Shown here: positions 1 to 7,380 of the stretch, piece after piece | How the letters are laid out: each line of letters opens with the position of its first letter | Position numbering within the stretch: the first letter of the stretch is position 1 | NCBI GenBank assembly: GCA_038211505.1 | Contig: JBBQVO010000001.1 | Coordinates: 1 to 62,992, forward strand | From: Dehalococcoidia bacterium | GTDB taxonomy: Bacteria > Chloroflexota > Dehalococcoidia > DSTF01 > JACRBR01 | Direction: 5' to 3' | DNA: 62,992 nucleotides | The notes under the pieces: model-generated | What the model was told of the DNA's origin: nothing | Databases searched by the model: none | What the model saw: only the letters and a program-made list of their open reading frames with translations | Program-made: the position numbers and the translations under genes

Positions 1-144
1 CTGACAACGACGGCGCGGCTCTCTGGGCCGACAGCTCGGTAAGGTTTCTCGATCCCTGCACGAAGTCGGGTGTGTTCCTCCGTGAGATCACCAGCCGCCT
101 CACCATTGGCCTGGCAGTCCGTCGGCGCGGCGCACTAGCACAAA

Positions 145-160
145 TGTTTCACGTGAAACA
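145..160. promoter_or_regulatory. parS: parS (ParB-binding centromere-like site), perfect palindromic consensus
   Basis: TGTTTCACGTGAAACA at 145..160, extending to an 18-bp palindrome ATGTTTCACGTGAAACAT at 144..161. It matches the idealised parS consensus TGTTNCACGTGAAACA. It lies in non-coding DNA upstream of the MBL hydrolase gene. It is the only such site in the window. Confidence 0.85.
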
Positions 161-226
161 TTCGAGCCCGCCGGAAAACAAAAAATTCGCGTGCGACAAT
201 CAAACCCACCAACGCAACACCCCAAT

Positions 227-293
227 TGAATCTGTGAAATCTGTGTGGTTCCCCTCGTCACACCATCCGTGAAATCCGCGCAATCCGTGGTTC
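227..293 (+). repeat. Dispersed intergenic repeat made of ~10-nt words (AATCTGTGAAATCTGTG..GGTTCCC..GTGAAATCCGYG)
   Basis: Blocks 'aatctgtgaaatctgtg', 'ggttccc' and 'ccgYgaaatccgYgYaatccgYgg' recur in inverted orientation at 48037..48112. Partial copies lie at 39398..39440 and 50240..50290. Confidence 0.7.
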
Positions 294-314
294 CATCTCT
301 GGGAGGAAGCAACA

Positions 315-1136
315 ATGAAGATCGGCAACGTCGAGATCACACCCCTCCTCGATACCGCCGCCGAGGGCGGCACCCGGACCCTCTTCCCCTACATCGCCGA
401 TGACGCCTGGGCGCCCTACGCCCAGTACCTCACCCACGACGGCCACCGCATGGCCGTCTCCATCTCCAGCTTCCTCCTCCGCTCCGGCGGCAAGACCGTC
501 CTCGTCGATACCGGCATCGGCGCCAAGGACCGCGCCTGGTTCCCCAACGGCCGCCTCCCCGACGCCATCGCCGAAGCCGGCGTCCGCCTCGACGAGATCG
601 ACATCGTCCTCGCCACCCACATGCACATCGACCACGTCGGCTGGCACACGACGAAGCAGGGCGACGCCTTCGTCCCCACCTTCCCGAAGGCCACCTGCGT
701 CTTCGACCGCAAGGAGTGGGAGTATTGGACCGACCCCGCTGTCGCGAACGCCCCCGGCAACGAGCACATCGTCGACTGCGTCCTCCCCCTGCGCGATGCC
801 ACGAAGATCGACCTCGTCGAAGGCGAGCATCACGTCACCGACGAGATCACCCTCCTGCCGACGCCTGGCCACTCGCCGTCGCACATCTCCGTCGCCATCG
901 TCTCCGCCGGAGAAGCCGCCGTGATCATCGGCGACGTCTGCCATCACCCCGCGCAGGTCACCGAAGGCTGGTCCCCCATCTTCGACATGAACCCTGCCCT
1001 CGCCCAGCAATCACGCGCGAAGCTCCTGCAGAAGATCGAAGACGAACGCATGACCGTCATCGCCGGCCACTTCGCCCACCCCGGCATCGGCCGCATCGTC
1101 CGCGTGGAAGGCCGCCGCCACTGGCGCGCGATGTGA
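315..1136 (+). CDS. MBL-fold metallo-hydrolase (lactonase/glyoxalase II-like)
   Basis: 273-aa ORF with the HxHxDH zinc motif 'THMHIDHVGWH' and a later 'PTPGHSPSH'. A GGGAGGAAG Shine-Dalgarno sits 5 nt before the ATG. Confidence 0.85.
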   Translation: MKIGNVEITPLLDTAAEGGTRTLFPYIADDAWAPYAQYLTHDGHRMAVSISSFLLRSGGKTVLVDTGIGAKDRAWFPNGRLPDAIAEAGVRLDEIDIVLATHMHIDHVGWHTTKQGDAFVPTFPKATCVFDRKEWEYWTDPAVANAPGNEHIVDCVLPLRDATKIDLVEGEHHVTDEITLLPTPGHSPSHISVAIVSAGEAAVIIGDVCHHPAQVTEGWSPIFDMNPALAQQSRAKLLQKIEDERMTVIAGHFAHPGIGRIVRVEGRRHWRAM

Positions 1137-1184
1137 AGATCGGTCTTCCACGACGAGACACGAAGAGGACACGAAGGGATTGCG

Positions 1185-2072
1185 TTGCCTGACTCCGTGA
1201 CGCCGCGCCGGTTCTCGTGGGACGACGTCGGCGCGCTGCATGATCTCGTCGCGCAATGGCAGACGCGCTCCGGCATCTTCATCCACCTCGGCGACATGTA
1301 CTGGGCGCTGCGCAACACGCCCGACGGCGAGCCAACAAGCGCGATGTGGGTGTGGCCCCGATCTGACGGCACGCTCGCCGCCGTCGCCTGGCTCGATCAA
1401 CCCACCTCCGCCGACATGATCCTCGCGCCCGACGCGCCGCGCTCGCTCCTGTCAGCCGTACTCGACCACGTCGAACACGAACAACGCAAGACCGGCGCGA
1501 CAACGATCTCGTTTGTCGCCAGACGCGGTGACACCGCACTCAGCGAGGAGCTGGCGCGCCGCGGCTACGCTCGCACCGACACCGGCGATCTCCGCCTTCG
1601 CCGCGCGCTCGACGCCGAACGGGCAGCTGCGCCGCTGCCACCCGGTTTCACGATCCACGACATGGCCGGTGACGATGACATCGAGCGGCGCGTCTCCGTC
1701 GAGCGCGCCGTATGGGGCACGAACGCCACGGCCGACGTCTGGCGTCTGTTCGCCGCGCGCCTCCCGAACTATCGCCCCGAACTCGACCTCGTCGCGATCG
1801 CGCCGGACGGCTCAGGCGCCTGCGCCATCACTTGCTGGCTCGACGAGCGATCGCACCGCGCCGAGATCGAAGCCGTCGCCACAATCCCGTCGATGCGCCA
1901 GATGGGCATCGGCAAAGCCGTCATCACCGAAGGCCTGCGACGTCTACACGGAGCAGGAGCGACGGAAGTCGCGCTCTACACGAACATCGGCAACGTCGCG
2001 TCGCTCGCCCTCTACCGCTCCTGCGGCTTCGAAGTCGTCGCCGAAGATTACGCGTGGACGCGCGCGCCGTGA
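1185..2072 (+). CDS. GNAT family N-acetyltransferase
   Basis: 295-aa ORF with a TTG start. The C-terminal acetyl-CoA binding motif is 'RQMGIGKAVITEGLRRL...LYTNIGNVASLALYRSCGFEVV'. Confidence 0.75.
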   Translation: MPDSVTPRRFSWDDVGALHDLVAQWQTRSGIFIHLGDMYWALRNTPDGEPTSAMWVWPRSDGTLAAVAWLDQPTSADMILAPDAPRSLLSAVLDHVEHEQRKTGATTISFVARRGDTALSEELARRGYARTDTGDLRLRRALDAERAAAPLPPGFTIHDMAGDDDIERRVSVERAVWGTNATADVWRLFAARLPNYRPELDLVAIAPDGSGACAITCWLDERSHRAEIEAVATIPSMRQMGIGKAVITEGLRRLHGAGATEVALYTNIGNVASLALYRSCGFEVVAEDYAWTRAP

Positions 2073-2137
2073 GCGATTCGCGAAGAAGGAGGAGGGTAGG
2101 GGGAGGAGGGTAGACGGAGGGAGCCGGACGGTCGAGA

Positions 2138-2168
2138 CTCCATCCTCCACCTTCCACCATCCATCCTC
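2138..2168. repeat. Heptanucleotide tandem array (CTCCAYC)n
   Basis: ctccatc|ctccacc|ttccacc|atccatc|ctc. It is the reverse complement of the array at 3139..3230, and the two arrays bracket the VOC gene. Confidence 0.8.
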
Positions 2169-2203
2169 AGCTCGAAGCGAAGCCGAGATCTCGATCCGAG
2201 CCC

Positions 2204-3073
2204 CTAGTGCTGCGCCGCCACCGCCCCCGCGCCCGCGAGCTCCGGATGCCCCGACCACGTCCACGCCAGGTTCGTGCGACTGCACCCCATCAGCACACCG
2301 TGCAGCGTCGATGGGTGCAGGAAGATGCCTTCGGGGTTCGGGCTCTGCGGATCGCGGCCCGCGTACTTCATCCCGCGCTTGTCGAGCCGCGCGACGATCG
2401 GCGCGATGTCTTCGGCCTCGATGTAACACATATACAGCGTCTCGCCGCCGCGCCGCGTCATGAAGCGCCCCATCGGCCGCGTATCGTCGGTGATCTGCGA
2501 CAGCTCGATGCGGTCGAGTCGCTCCGGCGGGTTGAACATCGTCAGATGCCCCTTGTACCCGTACTGCTTGCTGGCGATCGGCACGAACTTCGACGCGTCG
2601 AGCGCAAAGCGATCGGCGTAGAATTCGGCCGCGGCGTCGGCGTCGTCGATCAGGTTCGTCGCTTCGTACAGGTAGCGCATCAGCCCGATCATCGGCCGTT
2701 GCACCTCCTGCGAGATCACCATCCGCAGCCCCGGCGTCTGGTCGGGCGCGATGAAGAGCTGACCGTGCTCTTCCGTGAAGTCGACGTTCCTCGATTGCAG
2801 ACGGTCGGCGAGGACGTTGACATCGTTCGTCGAGAAGCCGGCGGCGAACAGCCCTTCGCCCCACTCGTCGAGATACGCCTGCACGGGGCCGGCGCCGTGC
2901 GGCTCCAGCAGCTCGAACTCACTCGTCCCCGCCTGCACCGTGCGGCGATCCGCGGCGAGCGCCTTCACGGCGTCGTCGCTGATCACCGCCCCGTCGAAGA
3001 CATCGACGAACGTCTGCGCGGCAGCCTCGCGATCCTCGACGGCGATCTGGACGCGGTCTACGTGCTCAAGCAT
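2204..3073 (-). CDS. VOC (glyoxalase/bleomycin resistance/dioxygenase) family protein, two-domain
   Basis: Takes the internal ATG at 3073 ('MLEHVDRVQIAVEDREAAAQTF...'), giving 289 aa. The upstream part of ORF 2204..3364 is translated heptamer repeat ('SMFHPPSSILHLHPPSSIL') and is rejected. The domain repeats from 'YLYEATNLIDDADAAAEFY'. Confidence 0.7.
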   Translation of the reverse strand: MLEHVDRVQIAVEDREAAAQTFVDVFDGAVISDDAVKALAADRRTVQAGTSEFELLEPHGAGPVQAYLDEWGEGLFAAGFSTNDVNVLADRLQSRNVDFTEEHGQLFIAPDQTPGLRMVISQEVQRPMIGLMRYLYEATNLIDDADAAAEFYADRFALDASKFVPIASKQYGYKGHLTMFNPPERLDRIELSQITDDTRPMGRFMTRRGGETLYMCYIEAEDIAPIVARLDKRGMKYAGRDPQSPNPEGIFLHPSTLHGVLMGCSRTNLAWTWSGHPELAGAGAVAAQH

Positions 3074-3138
3074 GATGCGGGCTCCTTCGGCTATGTCACG
3101 GCGCGCGATAGATAGATCGTACTGCCGCCGGCGAGAAC

Positions 3139-3230
3139 GTGGAAGGAGGATGGAGGATGGAGGGTGGAGGTGGAGGATGGAGGATGGAGGATGGAACATG
3201 GAAGATGGAAGATGGAAGATGGAACATGGA
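3139..3230. repeat. Heptanucleotide tandem array (ATGGAGG/ATGGAAG/ATGGAAC)n, about 12 units
   Basis: ...atggagg|atggagg|gtggagg|tggagg|atggagg|atggagg|atggaac|atggaag|atggaag|atggaag|atggaac|atggacg, read directly from the sequence. Confidence 0.85.
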
Positions 3231-3263
3231 CGACGTAGATGTCGTAGGCACCGCGGACAAATG

Positions 3264-3305
3264 ATCCAACATCCAACTTCCAACTTCCAACCTCCAATCT
3301 CCTCT
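3264..3305. repeat. Heptanucleotide tandem array (WTCCAAC)n
   Basis: atccaac|atccaac|ttccaac|ttccaac|ctccaat|ctcctct. The reverse complement (GTTGGAW)n is found at 51261..51309. Confidence 0.8.
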
Positions 3306-3333
3306 GGTACGTTGCGGCGAAGGAGTGTGAACC

Positions 3334-4347
3334 ATGGTGAGTCAGATGCCAGGCATGCAGCCACCAGAGGAACGGGCGAAGGATGCCGGCGGGCTGGCCG
3401 CCGTCGTGCGCGTTCTGCTGACCATATTCGCGTTCATCTTGCTCCTCCCGCCGTGGGGGATCATCGTCTGGTTCTACTCCGTCAAGATCGTCGCCGAGTA
3501 CGAGCGCGGCGTGATCTTCCGCCTCGGGCGGCTCGTCGGCGCCAAGGGACCGGGGCTGTTCGTCATCCTGCCGATCGTCGACCGCATGGTGAAGATGGAC
3601 CTGCGCACCGTGACGATGGATGTTCCGAGCCAGGAGTGCATCACACGCGACAACGTCACCGTCAAGGTGAACGCCGTCATCTACTTCCGCGTCGTCGAGC
3701 CGGAAGCCGCGGTGACGAAGGTGCTCGACCACTTCCGCGCGACCTCGCTGATCGCGCAGACGACGCTGCGAAGCGTGATCGGACAATCGCTGCTCGACGA
3801 TCTGCTGTCGGAGCGCGAGCAGATCAACGAACGATTGCAGAAGATCATCGATGAGCAGACGGAGCCGTGGGGCGTCAAGGTCTCGACCGTCGAAGTGAAA
3901 GACGTCGAACTGCCGCAGACGATGCAGCGCGCGATCGCCCGGCAGGCGGAAGCCGAACGCGAACGTCGCGCGAAAGTCATCAACGCCGACGGCGAGCTGC
4001 AAGCGTCGGAGCGGCTGGCACAGGCCGGACGCGTCATGTCGGAGAGTCCGGGCACGTTGCAGCTGCGCTTCCTGCAGACGCTCTCAGAAGTCGCAACGGA
4101 GAAGAACAGTACCATCGTCTTCCCCGTGCCGATCGACCTGCTCGATCTGATCACGACGAACATGCGCCAGAACCGCGCCGCCGACGGCAGCGGCCCGACG
4201 CGCCCCCGCGTCCGCGTCGACGGCGGTGGCGCAGCAGCACCAGCGGCCGGCGATCCCGCGGACGCCATGCTGCCGACCGGCACGCCGCCAGATGACGCGC
4301 CGTCGAAGCCGTCGACACCCGACACGCGCGAGGGCACCGTAAGTTAA
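3334..4347 (+). CDS. SPFH/band 7 (stomatin-like, slipin) membrane protein
   Basis: 337 aa with an N-terminal TM segment ('[20 protein letters not shown]'). The SPFH core is '[13 protein letters not shown]...[17 protein letters not shown]...[17 protein letters not shown]', followed by '[17 protein letters not shown]'. The C-terminal tail is Pro/Ala-rich. Confidence 0.85.
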   Translation: MVSQMPGMQPPEERAKDAGGLAAVVRVLLTIFAFILLLPPWGIIVWFYSVKIVAEYERGVIFRLGRLVGAKGPGLFVILPIVDRMVKMDLRTVTMDVPSQECITRDNVTVKVNAVIYFRVVEPEAAVTKVLDHFRATSLIAQTTLRSVIGQSLLDDLLSEREQINERLQKIIDEQTEPWGVKVSTVEVKDVELPQTMQRAIARQAEAERERRAKVINADGELQASERLAQAGRVMSESPGTLQLRFLQTLSEVATEKNSTIVFPVPIDLLDLITTNMRQNRAADGSGPTRPRVRVDGGGAAAPAAGDPADAMLPTGTPPDDAPSKPSTPDTREGTVS

Positions 4348-4404
4348 GTCGCAATTCGATCGTTCTGAATTCGCCTGTGGTCTACCAAATGTGCCCTGGG
4401 CCTG

Positions 4405-4532
4405 AGAACGTAGGGACGAAGCTTTAGCTCCGTCCGCGTCGGGGAGCGACCGGAGTATGCGATCCGCGCCGATCTGGCCCAAAAGAACGTAGGGACGAAG
4501 CTTCAGCTGCGTCCGTGCGTCGGGCGGCGACC
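4405..4532 (+). repeat. Two ~48-nt direct repeats with a 79-nt period, each holding a GGACG..CGTCC hairpin
   Basis: 'agaacgtagggacgaagctttagctccgtccgcgtcggggagcgacc' at 4405.. and 'agaacgtagggacgaagcttcagctgcgtccgtgcgtcgggcggcgacc' at 4484... Confidence 0.8.
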
Positions 4533-4658
4533 AACGTCCGTTATCGAAGCAGATCGCCGGCAACTCACGCTTCGAACCCGGAGCAGCATTTCCGCGCTCC
4601 GATCGACGAGGAGTACCGTGAGACTTAGCGTGGGTCGTCGCGCAATCGTCCACCGCTC

Positions 4659-4892
4659 TCAGGCGCTCGGTCGTCTCGCCGGCGAATACCGCCGCACCGC
4701 AAGCGCAACGCCGACATAGATCGCCAGCGCCGCCACGACGAGAATCGTCAACACGGGGCCGAACGCAACAGCATCGCGTTCGAAGATCAGCAGCGCGGCG
4801 ACGCCAAGCGCAAAGCGCAGCACGCAAAACAGCAGCACCAGGCGCCAGATGCGCCGTATCTTCGCGGTCGTGTTGTGCCAGAATGCAACCAT
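4659..4892 (-). CDS. Small hypothetical membrane protein (2 predicted TM helices)
   Basis: 77-aa product from the internal ATG at 4892: 'MVAFWHNTTAKIRRIWRLVLLFCVLRFALGVAALLIF...GPVLTILVVAALAIYVGVALAV'. A TATACT hexamer ends 6 nt before the ATG, which fits a leaderless transcript. No SD is visible. Confidence 0.4.
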   Translation of the reverse strand: MVAFWHNTTAKIRRIWRLVLLFCVLRFALGVAALLIFERDAVAFGPVLTILVVAALAIYVGVALAVRRYSPARRPSA

Positions 4893-5045
4893 CGGCCGAG
4901 TATAACGCTCGGTCGTCGAGCGTTTCGCCTCTTGAGTTCGGTCAAAACTGCGCGGAGCGTCGAGACAGATAACATGTAGCGCGGGCTTTTCAGCCCGCGC
5001 GGGATCCACGGCAGAGAAACCGAAGCGTCGCGAGGAGATCGACCG

Positions 5046-5840
5046 ATGCCGAGTGTGAGCGCCAACGGCGTAGACCTCTACTACCGCGACGATGGCGCCG
5101 GCGATCCCGTGCTCTTCATCCAGGGGCTCGGCGTCGATCATCGCGGCTGGGCCGGCGTCACACGCCCGCTGTCATCATCGTTCCGCTGCATCAGCTTCGA
5201 CAACCGCGACGTCGGCCGGTCGTCCGTGGTCGAAGCGCCGTACGACGTGATCGACATGATGGAGGAAGCCGTCGGCCTGCTCGACGCGCTCGAGATCGCG
5301 CGCGCCGATATCGTCGGCACGTCGATGGGCGGCGTCATCGCTCAGGAGATGGCGATCCGCCATCCCGAGCGCGTGCGGCGTCTCGTCCTCGTCACGACGT
5401 ACACGAGCGGCGATCCGCGCGGCTCCGCCATCTTCGAGGGGCAGGCGCTGTTGCGTCGCACACTCTCGCGCGAGGACTACTGCCGCGCGACGTTCTGGAG
5501 CGTCTACAGCCACCAGGACTACCGCCGCGACGACGGCTTTATCGAGACGATGATCGCGCGCACGGCCGGCAATGATCTCTGGCAGTCGCAAGACGCATAC
5601 GAACGTCACGTCCGAGCCGTCACGACAGCGAACACCGAAGATCGCCTGACGAAGATAGCAGCGCCAACCCTGATCCTCGCCGGCGCCGAAGACATCCTCA
5701 CGCCAATGCGCTTCTCCGAAACGCTCGCCCGAGAGATCCCCGACAACCGCCTCGACGTAATCGAAGGCGCCGGCCACGGCATGGTCTGGAGCCACCCCGA
5801 TGTCGTAGTGGATAGGGTAACAGCGTTCTTGCGCGTGTAG
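5046..5840 (+). CDS. Alpha/beta hydrolase fold protein
   Basis: 264 aa with the nucleophile elbow 'GTSMGGVIA' (GxSxG), an oxyanion region 'VLFIQGLG' and a C-terminal 'GAGHGMVWSHP'. GAGGAG lies upstream of the ATG. Confidence 0.85.
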   Translation: MPSVSANGVDLYYRDDGAGDPVLFIQGLGVDHRGWAGVTRPLSSSFRCISFDNRDVGRSSVVEAPYDVIDMMEEAVGLLDALEIARADIVGTSMGGVIAQEMAIRHPERVRRLVLVTTYTSGDPRGSAIFEGQALLRRTLSREDYCRATFWSVYSHQDYRRDDGFIETMIARTAGNDLWQSQDAYERHVRAVTTANTEDRLTKIAAPTLILAGAEDILTPMRFSETLAREIPDNRLDVIEGAGHGMVWSHPDVVVDRVTAFLRV

Positions 5841-5969
5841 CGCATCGCGCCACGCGTTGCGGCCCCGAGGTGACGCTGTGCGTTAGGGTATTGGCGCCCG
5901 AATCCTCCAAACTGATCGCGACAACGCGCATGCAACTGCGGCGTAGTTTGACGGAACCGCCCGCCGTAC

Positions 5970-5991
5970 GGACAGGTCTTGAGACCTGTCC
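5970..5991. repeat. Perfect 9-bp stem hairpin GGACAGGTC-ttga-GACCTGTCC, member of a dispersed family
   Basis: A near-identical copy 'ggacaggtctaaagacccgtcc' lies at 49702..49723. Related GGACG.AGC/GCT.CGTCC hairpins lie at 4413.. and 4492... Confidence 0.8.
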
Positions 5992-6019
5992 TCTCCGGTC
6001 GGCGCAATCCCAAGAAAGC

Positions 6020-6090
6020 GAAAACTACCAAACGAACCTGCGCGCGGAAGGTGACAAACGAAAACTGCCAAGCAAGCCTCGCGCGGAAAC
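6020..6090 (+). repeat. Two 'GAAAACTRCCAARCRARCCT..GCGCGGAA' units exactly 40 bp apart
   Basis: Units begin at 6020 and 6060. Four units of the same core, with a ~40-bp period, recur at 60076..60225. Confidence 0.75.
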
Positions 6091-6195
6091 AGTCGCGTAC
6101 GCCGCCTGCGCGCCGCTCGTCTCCGGTCAGCCCCATGAATGCATGAAAAGGAACACTGCCCAGACACGAAGGCCTCCGCACTGCGATCTCCGTCC

Positions 6196-6224
6196 TTTGA
6201 TTGTCACCACGTGTGACAATCAAA
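6196..6224. promoter_or_regulatory. Perfect 12-bp inverted repeat (candidate operator)
   Basis: TTTGATTGTCAC-cacgt-GTGACAATCAAA, followed by a third half-site GACAATCAA at 6225..6233. It is AT-rich within a GC-rich spacer, about 155 nt upstream of the SRPBCC gene. Confidence 0.45.
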
Positions 6225-6379
6225 GACAATCAATCCGTAGACGCCATAACGCAGGAGAATGACTTCCGATCCAGTTCCGAAACGCCCAGCGATCAACCCC
6301 AAATCACCTCATTCGAAAATCTCTTGCAACAATCAAACCGCCGACGCACAGCAGCATCGATCCGAGGGCACATCAACAC

Positions 6380-6856
6380 ATGGCACACCTCAAGATCCAG
6401 ACCTACATCGCTGCCACGCCCGAGCGAGTCTGGCACGTCCTGGCCGATCTCGAGCATCAGGCGGGGTGGATGGTCGATGTGCGATCGCTCACCATCGTCA
6501 GCGACGAGAAGTCCGGCGTTGGCGCCGTCATGCACGTCACGAGCGATCTCTTCGGCCTGCCGCTCGTCAAAGACATCATGGCGATTACCGGCTGGCAGCC
6601 CGGCCAGCGGATGGACGTCGAGCATCGCGGCCAGTTCCTCCGCGGCACCGGATCCTTCGCCCTCGACCCCGTCGACAACGGCACGATTCTCACATGGGTC
6701 GAAGACTTCGCCGCGCCTCTCGGCCCGCTCGGCGATCTCGGCTGGGCGCTCTTCGTCCGCCCCCACCTCATGCGCGTCTTCGCCCGCTCCCTGGCCAACC
6801 TCCGCCGCCTCGCCGAGGACGAGCGCACTGCAGCCGCGCCGTCGTCGACACCGTAG
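6380..6856 (+). CDS. SRPBCC (START/polyketide cyclase-like) family protein
   Basis: 158 aa with the typical N-terminus 'IQTYIAATPERVWHVLADLEHQAGWM'. The overall size and pattern match SRPBCC ligand-binding proteins. Confidence 0.7.
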   Translation: MAHLKIQTYIAATPERVWHVLADLEHQAGWMVDVRSLTIVSDEKSGVGAVMHVTSDLFGLPLVKDIMAITGWQPGQRMDVEHRGQFLRGTGSFALDPVDNGTILTWVEDFAAPLGPLGDLGWALFVRPHLMRVFARSLANLRRLAEDERTAAAPSSTP

Positions 6857-6895
6857 GGGGGCGCTGCTCGCCGCGCTAGCCCGATAGGCAACGAC

Positions 6896-6922
6896 CCGCC
6901 GGCCGGCCTTGGGCGGCCGGCC
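6896..6922. terminator. GC-rich hairpin between convergent genes (possible bidirectional terminator)
   Basis: 'ccgccggccggccttgggcggccggcc' allows GCCGGCCG/CGGCCGGC pairing. No U-tract is present. Confidence 0.3.
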
Positions 6923-7380
6923 TACGGCCCTGTGAACTGCTCGCGCGCGAAGAAGTCCACCAACCCGCGATCGGAATCGAGATAAAACGTCACCGTCGTG
7001 TCGCACGTCACGAAATTCGGAATGAGATGAGGGCACACATTCCTGAATCGCGCGAAGATCGTGTATCGCTCTGTGCTGTGCGCCCCGGCCGACGAGTCGG
7101 CCACATGTTCGTGTTCGATCGGGGTGTGCTCAGCGCCGCGCGCGTCCAGATACGCCGTGACGTCAGCCTCCGTCGCGCCAATAGGCAGGTTGCGGCGAAT
7201 CGAGTTCCGCGCGTCTTCGGGGCTAAATCGTCGATGGTTATCCACAACAGTGGTGACGGCGCATCCGCTTGCGATAACAATCGCAATCACGACAAGCGCA
7301 CTGAGGAGCATCTTTCGTCGGCTTCTGCCCTCGCGTTGCACATGATCATCTTCGGCTACAAGTCCAGAACTCTGAGTCAC
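6922..7380 (-). CDS. Hypothetical lipoprotein
   Basis: Signal peptide plus lipobox 'MLLSALVVIAIVIASGC'. The more likely start is the ATG at 7311. The longest ORF begins at 7380 and overlaps the birA stop. Confidence 0.5.
   Translation of the reverse strand: MTQSSGLVAEDDHVQREGRSRRKMLLSALVVIAIVIASGCAVTTVVDNHRRFSPEDARNSIRRNLPIGATEADVTAYLDARGAEHTPIEHEHVADSSAGAHSTERYTIFARFRNVCPHLIPNFVTCDTTVTFYLDSDRGLVDFFAREQFTGP

Noticed and set aside
1-42. Possible 3' end of a gene running in from the left edge (frame 1 stops at 40..42)
   Set aside because: Only 13 codons are visible, so no call is possible.
3074-3364. N-terminal 97 residues of ORF 2204..3364, which would make the VOC protein 386 aa
   Set aside because: This segment is a translation of the heptamer arrays ('SIFHLPSSMFHPPSSILHLHPPSSIL'). 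The VOC domain starts cleanly at the internal ATG at 3073.
4560-4640. Possible tRNA, based on a 'ttcgaaccc' T-loop-like string
   Set aside because: No flanking T-stem, acceptor stem or anticodon arm can be drawn. No other tRNA-like cloverleaf was seen anywhere in the window.
5870-6262. ORFs spanning repeat-filled spacers: 5870..6262(+), 6201..6887(+), 37311..37667(+), 37249..37527(-), 61838..62062(+), 59794..60201(+) and 4084..4827(-)
   Set aside because: Their translations are just the repeat modules read through, for example 'RTGLETCPLR', 'MARPPSA..' and 'VILSEAKNRR'. They have no RBS and no protein-like composition.
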